Shown here: piece after piece, positions 11,727 to 22,270 of the stretch | Layout of the letters: every line of letters starts with the position of its first letter | How positions within the stretch are numbered: position 1 is the stretch's first letter | Assembly (NCBI GenBank): GCA_000004985.1 | Contig: GG738845.1 | DNA from: Naegleria gruberi | Lineage: Eukaryota | Direction: 5' to 3' (one strand) | Length of the DNA stretch: 64,000 nt | Notes under the pieces: model-generated | What the model was told of the DNA's origin: nothing | The model's database searches: none | The model's input: only the letters and a program-made list of their open reading frames with translations | Translations under genes and position numbers: made by a program

Positions 11727-13007
11727 ATGAAGAATACTGCCAGACTTGTTTTGAAGAATTCCTTCAAGCCATCATGTAGATCATTCTCTACTTGCCAAAT
11801 GCAACAAGGTATTTGGGCAGGAGTTAATTATGCTCCTCTCGATGCTATTAAACAATTGACAATTAGTTTTAATCAAGACACTGCACCAAACAAGATTCTC
11901 TTGGGTGAAGGTGTCTATCGTACCAATGAAGGTAAGCCAAAGACACTCCCTTCCGTTAGAGAAGCTGAAAAGATCATCTTTGAAAAGGGTCTCGATCACG
12001 AATATCCACCAGTTACAGGAGTTGTTGATTTCTGCAAGGCAACTCAAAAATTCGCCTTTGGTGAAAACAGTGATAGAATTGCAACTGTTCAATCCATTTC
12101 TGGTACTGGTAGCTTGTGTTTGGCAGCTTGTTATATTAAGAAATTCCTCCCAGCCGACACTAAAGTTTACTTCCCAAATCCAACTTGGGTCAATCACTTT
12201 AACATTTTCCGTGCTCAAGGATTCACTGATGATCGTATCCCAACTTATAGATATTTTGACAAGAAGACTAATGGTATGGATGTTCAAGGTGCTTTAGAAG
12301 ACATTAAGAATGCTCCAGCCAAGTCAGTCATTCTCTTGCACGCTTGTGCTCACAACCCAACTGGTGTTGATCCAACAATGGATACTTGGAAGAAGATTTC
12401 CGATATCTGTAAGGAAAAGCAACACTATGTTTTGTTCGATTCTGCTTATCAAGCTTTTGCTTCTGGTGATGCTAACACTGATGCTCAATCATTCCGTTTG
12501 TTCGTTAAGGAAGGTCATCAAATCATGCTCTGTCAATCATATGCCAAGAACTTTGGTTTGTACGGACAACGTATTGGTGCTTTCAATGTTGTGACTGAAA
12601 ATGCTGAAGAAAAGAAGAATGTTGAAAGTCAACTTGGTATTATCATTCGTACTCAATACAGTAATCCACCTTTGCACGGTGCTAGATTGGTCACAACTGT
12701 TTTGAATACACCAGAATTGAAGGCTCAATGGGAAAAGGATGTTAAGGAATTGGCTGACAGAATTAAATTGATGAGAGCTAAATTGGTTGAAGAATTGAAG
12801 AAGGTCGGAAGCACTCGTGACTGGTCACACATTACCAACCAAATTGGTATGTTCGCCTTCAGTGGTTTGAATGAACAACAAGTTACCAAATTGAAGGAAG
12901 AATACCACATCTACATGACTAAGGACGGTAGAATTAGTATTAGTGGTTTGAACACTAACAATGTTGCTACTGTTGCTAAGGCCATGCACGAAGTTACTAA
13001 GAACTAA
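11727..13007 (+). CDS. Aspartate aminotransferase, mitochondrial-type (GOT2-like)
   Basis: 426-aa ORF. The N-terminus has a presequence-like stretch (MKNTARLVLKNSFKPSCRSFS). AAT class-I signatures are present (ILLGEGVYRTNEGKPKTLPSVREAE; SQSYAKNFGLYGQRIGAF; YSNPPLHGARLV). Confidence 0.9.
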   Translation: MKNTARLVLKNSFKPSCRSFSTCQMQQGIWAGVNYAPLDAIKQLTISFNQDTAPNKILLGEGVYRTNEGKPKTLPSVREAEKIIFEKGLDHEYPPVTGVVDFCKATQKFAFGENSDRIATVQSISGTGSLCLAACYIKKFLPADTKVYFPNPTWVNHFNIFRAQGFTDDRIPTYRYFDKKTNGMDVQGALEDIKNAPAKSVILLHACAHNPTGVDPTMDTWKKISDICKEKQHYVLFDSAYQAFASGDANTDAQSFRLFVKEGHQIMLCQSYAKNFGLYGQRIGAFNVVTENAEEKKNVESQLGIIIRTQYSNPPLHGARLVTTVLNTPELKAQWEKDVKELADRIKLMRAKLVEELKKVGSTRDWSHITNQIGMFAFSGLNEQQVTKLKEEYHIYMTKDGRISISGLNTNNVATVAKAMHEVTKN

Positions 13008-13169
13008 ATTGTGAATATTATAACACCTTGTACTATTAAATAATACCTTGATAATTTATTTAAATACTATCTCAATTATTTTCATTTTAGCTTTGGAAAC
13101 TTTCAAATGTTCTGACCTTTAGTTTGAAAAATTAAGGGTAATCTTATTATAAAGTACAAGTAGTTAGTT

Positions 13170-13720
13170 TTATTGAGTGTGCTTATCCATCATTTGCACA
13201 GTTTCCAAAATGTTTGTTCTATTGGTTTCAGTAATACATCCATTAGCAACCATTTCTTCAACAATAAAGTGGGCCTTTTCAAGATTGAACATTACATCCA
13301 ATTCACACTGTTATTTAGTCACACAATTAATTTAATTAACATTTCAGTTATTATCGTCATACATACCACATTTTCAAAATATTTATCAAAAGTTTCTACG
13401 AGGCAGTGAATAAATTCCAAAATTGCAAGCTCATTTTCATGACTATCAACTCCAACAATAAAGAATAGAGAGGCATATCTTCTGTAAATTAATTTATACC
13501 CCATATGTTCAATGAAGGAACACTAATTTCCGTTATTATTAATTCTTTTTTAACAACTCCACATGATCGGAACAGTACCTACCTGATCTTCATTTCTACT
13601 CAAACACTTTCTAACAATTTCTCCTTCCAAAGCAGTTCTTTCATTAATTGTTTTAAATCTAGTATATTGGGCAAGCCTGGTTTGGCCTTGTTTATTTACA
13701 AGAAGAACAAATTCGATCAT
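13170..13720 (-). CDS. Adaptor-protein complex sigma subunit, most similar to AP-4 sigma. Three exons: 13720..13583, 13522..13367, 13307..13170
   Basis: Exon 1 reads [19 protein letters not shown]...[13 protein letters not shown]. Intron 1 is 60 nt (GTAGGT...AATTAG). Exon 2 reads [52 protein letters not shown]. Intron 2 is 59 nt (GTATGT...AACAG). Exon 3 reads [35 protein letters not shown]... then stop. The 143-aa product is collinear with sigma-adaptins, especially sigma4 (KSCLSRSNEQCSFIE and GCIVETNR motifs). All introns are phase 0. The ORF track shows only the middle exon. Confidence 0.75.
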
Positions 13721-13853
13721 TTTTTAATAATAAAATTAATTTAAATTTGATGATAATGCATGACTTCATCATCTATGATGTAACACAACAACTGTAACAA
13801 CAATGGGTTATTCATCAATAACTTGGTATTTGAAACAATTTAATAAATATTTA

Positions 13854-15590
13854 TTATATCTCTTCTTTCAAGAATGGATGTTTAAGCATTTGTTGAGCAG
13901 TGGCTCTCTTCTCTGGTGCAATTTCCAACATGGGAAGAAGGAAATCAGTAAAATCCTTAGCGGCCTGATCTGTGAGGCCATACTTTTCCGAGAGATTCTG
14001 TTGAATGGATCGTTGTTTGAGTTTCTTGATACGAATCAAATCACCCTTAGAGGAGAAGAATTTAGTGGAACGAGAACCTCTCGAAATGAATTCATGAGGG
14101 AATGCTCCAAGAGTTTCCATAATGAGAGCCAAGTGATCGTCCTCTCTGGTATACTTCTTACCTGGTTGTGGATCGAATAAAAAGACTCCAGTTGCTAATT
14201 CATAAGCCATGCATCCAGCACTCCAAATGTCAGCTGCTGTGAAATATTTGGCACCAATAATAACTTCAGGAGCTCTGTATTGTCTAGTTTGAATTTCATC
14301 AGTAATTTTAAGATCTGTAAAACAAGAATTACCAAAGTCAGCAATTTTAACTCGAACATTAGTCAAATCAATTTGTTCATTCTTTGGTAAATTCTCAAAC
14401 TTTGGAGCATTACAACCATCTTCAGAGATTTTACCTTCCTTTTCAAGGATTGAGACTTTTTCTTCCAATTCTTGTAATGCTTCCAATTTTCCATCATTTT
14501 TGAGTTTTTGTTTCAGTTTCTTAATTTGTTTTCTATTGAGTGTTGAAACATCGCGTTCTTCCAATGGTTTATCCAAATCAGGTGGTTGATAATGTTCTAA
14601 ACAATTTTGTCAATTAATGTACTCAATAAATTACTTGCCCATTATATATTTAATCTTGGTATTACATTCTTCAATGAGAATATTTTCAGGTTTAATATCT
14701 GTGTGAATAATTTTACATTGAGTATGTAAGAAATCCAATCCTTTTAAAACATCTCTCATAATAGTCTTGACAATATCAAGTGGAATTCCCTTAAAATCAA
14801 ATTGTTCGCTCAATTTTAACAAGTTAGAACCCATCACTTCAAATCCCATACTCATATGTGTTCCATTATTTCCTCTCACTACAAAATTATCAAACATGCC
14901 AACAATCCTTAAATTGCTATAATTAACATTACCATCCACTTGATTGAGTTCTCTATATTTCACCATAACATGATTCAATAACTTGATTTCATCCTGTGCA
15001 GCATCAGTAAAATCTTTAGAACTCTTTTGAATCTTGATAGCTCTAAAGACCTTTTCAACATAATCATAACACAACCATACAGTACTAAAATATCCCCATC
15101 CCAATTTATGAATAATAATATATCTATCATTACCAATTCGATCTCCTAAATTTACTGGATGATATCCTCCTTTTTTATATTCACTTTTTGGCTCATTTTC
15201 AGTGTCAGAATAATCCTTATCTTCATGTGTTGAAGATGCAGGTGAAGGTTGATGAACACTACTGGAAGCAGTAGCATTGGTCTTTTTGTTTACAACTTTA
15301 ACTCCTCCTTTTTTTTCCTTGATTCTTTTCATTAACTGTTGAGCAATGAATGCATCAGAGTGGGTACCCGAAGCAGTCGCATCGGAGGATGACTTCTTTT
15401 TACTTGAAGGTTTTTTACTAGTTGTTGAGGAAGAGTTAGTTATTGATGGATTTGTTGCATCAGATATTGATGATGATGCTGATGATGGTAATTGTGATTC
15501 TTCAGATGATACAAGATTACTATCGGATGTCGTCTTGTCAATGGTTTCTTCACTGTTTAAACATTGTTTGGTTTCTTGTTCGTTTGACAT
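13854..15590 (-). CDS. SRPK-family protein kinase (SR-protein kinase/Sky1-like). Two exons, about 15590..14639 and 14596..13854
   Basis: The upstream ORF carries kinase subdomains I-VIb (HPVNLGDRIGNDRYIIIHKLGWGYFSTVWL; AIKI; HTDIKPENILI). The downstream ORF carries the spacer, DFG to the C-lobe (KIADFGNSCF; TRQYRAPEVIIG; DIWSAGCMAYEL). The only in-frame junction uses a GCAAGT donor and a TTTAG acceptor, giving a 42-nt phase-1 intron. Confidence 0.7.
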
Positions 15591-15712
15591 TTTTTTTTTC
15601 AAATTTCCAGAACAAATAAATATTTGAATTTTAAATATGGCAAATTGGATTGTGTATCATGATGGTGCTCAGAGAGAAAATATTAGATTAAGGAACGACT
15701 AGTTCAAATGGT

Positions 15713-17546
15713 TTATTGAGTTGGGTAAAAGGAAGGCATTTTCAAAGTGTATGGAACTTTATACTTTTCACACAGGAGACTTGTTACAATTCTGGCAGAT
15801 TCCATGATAGTAGGAAGTCCTGAACCTGGGTGCGTATGACCTCCAGATAAATAGAGATTATCGAGTTCGTCGAATTTGTTTCTAGGTCTAAAAGATAAAC
15901 TCTGGAATAGAGTATTACTCATTGCAAATACTGCTCCAAATTCTATATTCTTCTCACTCTTCCATGTTAATGGTGTTGAAAGTTTACAATCCTCAATATG
16001 ATTTCTCAAATTGGTAAATCCACATTTTTGTTCCAAAATATCAAAGGCAAGTTGCTTGGTCTTTTCAATAGTTTGTTGATCTGTCCAGTCAATTTTGCCA
16101 ACCTGTAAATTTGGAACAAATACCATTACAAATAAACCTGATTTGCCTTCCTTTGATACAGTTTTATCGACAGTACATGAATTTCTTACATAAACACAAA
16201 TATCAGAATTCCAATCTCCATCCTCCATTAATTTGTAACTCTTCTTAATATCTTTAGGGAATGAAATTACATGTGTTGTCACATTATCATATAATTTATC
16301 CAAAGAAAGATACATATTAAATCCACTACAACTAAATTTCTTCTTGTCAAACGTAGATGGTTTCCATGTAGAAAATATTTGATCAGCATTTGGAATATTA
16401 TTCCTTATTACATAGGGTATATCAGCGTTGCAAATAATTTCGTCAAATTCATATCTTGTTGTTTGTTGTGAATTTCCATGTCTCACTTCAATGCTATTAA
16501 TTAAACGTGAACCCTTCTCAATATTGAGCTTTTCTACAGTTGAATCGAGATGAATCTTTGCACCAAATTCATTGGTTAGAATGTTGGCCATTTGTTCTGA
16601 AATTTTAGAAAGTCCACTAATTTTTTGTCAAATTATGACACATCAGACAAAACTATATTACTTACCCCTCGACATGGTATATGCCAAATTGATACTCAGC
16701 ATAGGGTATGAGACCATAAACAGATGGAGCCTGCCATGGACTCATTCCTAAATATTTAGCCTGATATGAAAGGATTATTTGATTCATTGGATTTTTAAAA
16801 TACCTTCTCAACATGGTTGCCATTGATTTATGTAAACCAACATACGGAAGTGCTTTGATAGCATCCCAATTAATAATATCCAAATGTGAAGAATAAATCT
16901 TTTCCAATAATTTCATAGTATAGGGATACCTCTTTTCTTCAAATTTAAGCCACTCATGAAATCCCTTCACAGCATCCTTTCCAAAAACTCTATCAATTTC
17001 ACTCTCCAATGCTTGTCGATGGTCCAAATCGTGACAATCAATGTGAGTCCCATCATGAAAAACAAGTCTATACATGGGATCCAATCGAATAAATTTCAAA
17101 TAATCATCAACATTCCTTCCAGCATCTCTAAAAACAGCTTCCAATATAAATTTCATTATTAACAAGGTTGGTCCTGTATCAAGTGTACTTTCTCCAACTT
17201 GGAGTGGAGCATTTCTACCACCAATCTTGCTTCCTTTTTCAAAAACAGTCACTGGAAAACCCTTTGATGCCAAAATGAGAGCACTAGACAAACCTCCTGG
17301 TCCACCTCCAATAATACCAATACTTGGTTTTCCATTTGTCTTGTTATGATTGGTTGAAGTGTTGATGGATGAATAGTATCGAATGATCGGAGTAGTGAAA
17401 TTATTACTCAATGAATGAAACATTTGAAGGAGACCAACAACCCCTTTACTAGTAGTAGTGTTTGATGAATACTCGGACTCTAAACAACAGCATCCTCTCT
17501 TAGGATTGTTAACAAACAAAGTGGATCTGATTGTTCTCTTTAACAT
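15713..17546 (-). CDS. FAD-dependent oxidoreductase of the phytoene-desaturase (CrtI)/PYROXD2-like family. Two exons, about 17546..16666 and 16616..15713
   Basis: N-terminal dinucleotide-binding motif (IGIIGGGPGGLSSALILASKG...FEKGSKIGGR). A 49-nt intron (GTAAGT...AAAAATTAG, phase 2) restores ...YHVEGGGLSKISEQMANIL (the G-x-W-x-P-x-GG region). The C-terminus has YLSGGHTHPGSGLPT, typical of the CrtI family. The N-terminus may act as a targeting peptide. Confidence 0.6.
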
Positions 17547-17627
17547 TTTTTTTTAATTGATTTTCATCCTTGAACTTAATTGTTGCTATTGGAATTAAAG
17601 CCAAGACTTGTCTTTGAAGAAAAAAAA

Positions 17628-18656
17628 ATGCTCAACAATAGGTTTGATCAAAACCAACCACTCAAACATCGTTCCGTTACAAGTTTGGCGGGAAATTCTT
17701 CCATGCTGCCAACAATACCATCATCGTCAACAACAACAGGAGGATTCTCTATGAATAAGTCTAAATTATTGCCAGTTTCACTGACACATCAAACAAGTAC
17801 TTCTTATTCTGATCAAACTTTTGGAAAGGAAGAAAGAATCAATGAACGATTATTGTCATCATCATTATATAGAAAAAGCGATTTAATTCCGAGCGAGCAA
17901 AATAATATTATTGATACAGAAGTACCACCAGCAGAAAGTATTTTGGATGATGGCGAACCAACAAGATTGACAAAAAGTCTTGCTGCTCATTCTTCTTTTA
18001 TTTTCGGTGGCAAGCCTAGAGATGAAGGAATAATTACAGATTTTATGATGACACCACTATCAATCAAAAACTTGGACAGGAAGAGAAATTTCTCAACACC
18101 AGGTACATTGGAACAATCTGTACTAAAGAGAGGAGTCTTTACATCACCATTGCGAACTGATCCATTCTTTGAAGTTGATGATGACAAGCTTAAAAGTAAT
18201 ATTAATGATATTGTAAAGGAAACAACTTGGGTGACAGTATTTGGATTCCCTCCAAGTAAGGCCTCTTACATTCTCAGACAATTTTCAAATTATGGAATGA
18301 TTATTAATCACAAGATTATGAATGGAAACTTTATGCATATTCAATACAAAGCCAGAATTCAAGCTGATAAAGCTCTAAGCAAAAATGGAAAAGTCTTCGA
18401 TGGAGTTTTAATGGTGGGTGTAGTAGAATGTTTAGATACTGAAATTTTGAGACAATACGAGAAGGAAAAGCGATTGGTTGAAGAAAAATCAAGCAAAAAA
18501 AGAAATATCTCGTCTATATCCAATGATGATGATATTCAATTTAATGGTGGAATCTCATATCGTCATAAATTGGAACTACCACTAGAAAAGAAGAGAAAGC
18601 CAGAGTCTTCGAATTCTTTCTTTTCCAAACTTTTTGATTACGTTTTTAAATTCTAA
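17628..18656 (+). CDS. Nucleoporin Nup35/Nup53 family
   Basis: The C-terminal half contains the RRM-like MPPN domain, near-collinear with metazoan NUP35 (WVTVFGFPPSKASYILRQFSNYGMIINHKIMNGNFMHIQYKARIQADKALSKNGKVFDGVLMVGVVEC). The likely start is the ATG of MLNNRFDQ. Confidence 0.75.
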   Translation: MLNNRFDQNQPLKHRSVTSLAGNSSMLPTIPSSSTTTGGFSMNKSKLLPVSLTHQTSTSYSDQTFGKEERINERLLSSSLYRKSDLIPSEQNNIIDTEVPPAESILDDGEPTRLTKSLAAHSSFIFGGKPRDEGIITDFMMTPLSIKNLDRKRNFSTPGTLEQSVLKRGVFTSPLRTDPFFEVDDDKLKSNINDIVKETTWVTVFGFPPSKASYILRQFSNYGMIINHKIMNGNFMHIQYKARIQADKALSKNGKVFDGVLMVGVVECLDTEILRQYEKEKRLVEEKSSKKRNISSISNDDDIQFNGGISYRHKLELPLEKKRKPESSNSFFSKLFDYVFKF

Positions 18657-18665
18657 TACAATTCT

Positions 18666-21600
18666 TTATTGTTGTGGTATTGTCTTTAAACTTTCCATTG
18701 TTGTTTCAATAATACTCTTCTTGGTTACAAGGTCTTTAACGCTAGAGGATTTTCTTTGCTTGGCCAATTCTAATTCTTCTCTCTTTGAGGAAACAATCTT
18801 CTTTGATTGATCAAATCTATTTCTAGCCTTTTCTAAATTTTGTTTGATTTCCTTTTCTCTTTTTGTTGCTCTTTCAAGGGAGTTTTTGGCTGCTATTACT
18901 TTCTTGTCTTCAACTACAACAGAATTGTTTGAAACAATAGCATTGGATTGAATAGATTGCTTTGGAGTCTTTTGTAAGTTCAAATCCTTTTGGTTGGCAA
19001 CATCGGCTGGTGTTTCTTGCTTTGCTGAATTTCCCTTTGTCAAGAATTCCAAAAACTTTTCTCTTATTTGGTTCTTTTTCTTGTCCATTTCTTCTCTCAT
19101 GAGCTTTTCTCTGAGAATATATTCCATTCTTCTTCTTTCCTCTTCCATAAAGAATGGTTGCATTGGAGAGCTAAGAACTGGAGAACCAACAACAAGTTGG
19201 GCACCAACAATACCAGAATTTTTTCTACACTTGGATTGCTTCTTTTGGTGTTTCTTGTGTGGTTTCTTCTTTTGAGACTTGGAAATGCTCTTGATAAGCT
19301 TTCTGAGCTTGCAATATGTGCATTTCTTCTTACCTCTCTTTACCTTCTTTGGCTTTTTGTGATGCTTCTTATCTTTCTTAGAACCAGTTGTAATTCTTGT
19401 TTCAATGTTAACAACTCCAATATTACCAGAAACGTTAGTGCTTGTTTGGATTGCAGCTTGTCCTGGTTGAGGATTTGGTTGCACAGGTGGTTGCACAGTT
19501 GGTTGTGCTGGTTGTGCTGTTGGAGGGGTTGATTGTTCCTTATTAACAACATTAGAGTTTGCATTGGCGATTTGTTCAACAATTTTTCTGTACCATTCCT
19601 CTCCACACAATGGATTAAGAGATTCATCTTCAGGTGTAGAACATGAGCTTCTTGGTACACCAATTTCTCCCATAATTGAATCCAATCTCTCAAGATCGCT
19701 TTCTTCAGCCAACATTGGATCTGCACTTACAATAGCTTCAGCCAATTCTCCATATTCAGCGGAAGTTAATGGTTCAACTTCCTTTCCTTCTTTAGCGTCA
19801 GTGAATTCAGTACAGTATGGATTGGCAAGAAGTTCTTCCAAAGTAGAGCACTTTGTTACCTTTGCCACACTATCAGATTTAATTTGGACTGGCTTAACTG
19901 GATCGACTGATTTAGTGTCCTTATTGACTTGCTTTTTGTCCTTCTTAGTATCTGACTTCTTTCCCTTGTTAGCCTTCTTATCAGATTTGGTGTCTTTCTT
20001 GAGATCTTTCTTGTTATCTGATTTCTTTCCCTTATTGTCGGATTTTTTATCCTTCTTATCAGACTTGGTGTCTTTCTTGAGATCCTTCTTGATTGGTTTG
20101 ACTGATTGAGAATTATTAGCATTGGTACCCTTGTTGTCTTTAGACTTTTTATCATTATTGGTTTGCTTGTTAATTGGTTTGATTGGCTTGTTTTCCTTCT
20201 TGTTAACATTCTTATCAGATTTGGTGTCCTTCTTGAGATCCTTCTTGTTAACTGATTTCTTTCCCTTATTGTCGGATTTTTTATCCTTCTTATCAGATTT
20301 GGTGTCTTTCTTGATGTCTGATTTCTTTCCCTTATTGTCAGATTTGGTGTCTTTCTTGGTATCTGATTTCTTTCCCTTGTTGTCCTTGTTGTCCTTGTTG
20401 TCAGATTTGGTATCCTTCTTATCTGATTTGTTGTCCTTCTTGATATCCTTATTGGTTTGCTTATTAATTGGTTTGACGTTCTTGTTATCCTTCTTGTTAA
20501 CCTTCTTATCGGATTTGGTGTCTTTCTTGAGATCCTTCTTGTTATCTGACTTCTTTCCCTTAATGTCTGTATTGTCAGATCTTTTTGGCTGTCTTTCTTG
20601 GTATCTGATTTCTTTCCCTTGTTGTCAGATTTGGAACCCTTCTTATCAGATTTGTTGTCCTTCTTGATATCCTTATTGGTTTGCTTATTAATTGGTTTGA
20701 CGTTCTTGTTATCCTTCTTGTTGTCCTTCTTATCAGATTTGGTACCCTTCTTGAGGTCGTTCTTCTTGTGTGATTTCTTGGTATCCTTCTTAGCAGACTT
20801 GGTCTTATCCTTCTTAGTATCTGACTTCTTTCCCTTGTTAGCCTTCTTATCATATTTGGTGTCTTTCTTGAGATCCTTCTTGTTTTCTGATTTCTTTCCC
20901 CTATTGTCGGATTTGTTATCCTTCTTATCAGATTTGGTATCTGATTTCTTTTCCTTGTTGTCAGACTTTTCTTTCTTTGATTCAGTTTTCTTTTCTTCTG
21001 ACTTCTTTGGTTGTTCTGTCTTTGATTCAGTCTTCTCATCTCCAGTATTTGGGACTGCAGTTTGGATGTCTGTCTTTGGAGTAATATTGTCTTCAGATTT
21101 CTTGCCAATAGCTTGCTTATTTGAGGTTTGAGTCTGGGTAACAATTTCAATACCATTAGCATTTTGAGCACTTGAACTAGACATCATTGTTTTTTCAACA
21201 CCATTGTCAACCTTTGCAGATTGTTTCTTGGATTCATTTGAAACATTAGAGATTGCTGGTTTAATATCAGTCTTGGAATCAGCTGTAGAAGCCTTGCTGT
21301 CATTTGCAGTGGATGATGGCTTGACTTCAGTCTTGGTGTCACTCTTGGAAGGGATATCCATCTTTCTATACCATTGTTCTTTGCACAAAGGATGAGTGTA
21401 ATAACTATCCAAAGATCCACATACATGATCTCTTCCAGAGCTGAGCTTTGAATTAATGGCATACTTTTGTTGTTCGTTTGGACCATAGCTGAGAGATTTG
21501 ACATTCAAAACATTGCAATCACCATCTACATTGAGCTTGCACTTCAAAACATTACCAGAACTAATTGGCTTTTGATTTGGAAGTTCAACTGCAGTTTTCT

Positions 21601-22270
21601 TATCAGATGGAGTAACAACTGCAACGCCAGCCTTCTTTTCAACTTCCTTTGTTGTAATAGTGTTGGCACTATCAGTCTTTGGTTGTTCCTTTCCAGTATT
21701 TGAGTCAAGAATCGTTTTTTTATCAGTAGACTGAGTATTCATTGTTGGAACAGAATTAGTACCGGTAACAACAACTGGAGCGGTTTGAGTTGGAGTGGTT
21801 GTTTGACTGCTTGGAGTAGTTGTTGGTGTTTGAGTAGAGGTTGTTGTGGAGGCAGTACTACCTTGTGTTGTACTGGTTGGAGTGGTCGCAAGAGGAGTGT
21901 TGGTTGTTGAGGGAGTTGTAGTAGTGGTTGGCTTACTAGTCTCTCCTTGTTCCAAAACAACTCTTCTGTATTGCATCTTTCTGTACCATCTCTCCTTACA
22001 CAATGGGTTAGAGTAATAGCCAGAAACTGTGCTACACTTGATGGACTTGCTGCCTGTTGAAGAACGATATTTTGGTATTTCCTTGGGATCATAGGAAAGG
22101 GCCAACTCATCAAGATAAGACACAACACTACAGTCACCATTTCTATTGAGAGTGCAACCTAGGGCCTTATCGCTGCTTCCTTGAGCGAGAGTTTGGGTCA
22201 TTAAAAAGATGACCAAAACAACAAGGGTTGTTAGTTGGGCAAGCTTGCTTTTTAACAACTTTGATTGCAT
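18666..22270 (-). CDS. Secreted, mucin-like, lysine-rich tandem-repeat protein with a repeated 4-Cys module. Probably one gene spanning ORFs 19856..22270 and 18666..19868, interrupted by a frame change at about 20580
   Basis: N-terminal signal peptide (MQSKLLKSKLAQLTTLVVLVIFLMTQTLAQG). Two copies of a roughly 65-aa Cys module ending in YYxxPLCKExWYRKM, a Thr-rich linker, and a second Thr/Ser stretch. The next roughly 1.1 kb is KSDNKGKKSDTKKD-type repeats. The K-rich frame is minus frame 2 above about 20582 and minus frame 0 below it. I checked that frame 0 is open with no stops from 20624 down to the stop at 18666. Downstream come a third PLCGEEWYRK motif, a Q/P-rich and basic stretch, and a coiled-coil tail. 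The frame change coincides with a variant repeat carrying +5 nt (gtcagatCTTTTTGGCTgtctttc instead of gtcagatTTGGTgtctttc). Confidence 0.55.
19880..21000 (-). repeat. Coding tandem repeat array of imperfect 42-45 nt units encoding K/S/D/N/T-rich peptide repeats
   Basis: Visible periodicity on the plus strand (cttcttatcagatttggtgtctttcttga...gatttctttcccttattgtc...). The same DNA yields long spurious ORFs on the opposite strand and in shifted frames (LSDLVSFLRSFL... and RRISRKTPN... translations). Confidence 0.8.

Noticed and set aside
11515-11730. 71-aa ORF directly upstream of and overlapping the aspartate aminotransferase start
   Set aside because: No conservation and a TTG-type start. It overlaps the AAT initiation region and is more plausibly a 5' UTR or promoter.
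17684-17695. E2F-like TTTGGCGGGAAA inside the Nup35 coding region
   Set aside because: It lies about 60 nt inside the CDS (encoding ...SLAGNSS...) and is not palindromic like the intergenic copies. Most likely coincidental with the coding sequence.
19564-21131. Plus-strand ORFs 19564..20109, 20122..20667 and 20598..21131 (LSDLVSFLRSFL... peptides), and R-rich alternative-frame ORFs on the minus strand
   Set aside because: They are antisense or frameshifted translations of the lysine-rich tandem repeat. They are low-complexity, lack starts or conserved context, and the K-rich minus-strand frame is continuous with conserved signal-peptide and Cys-module sequence.
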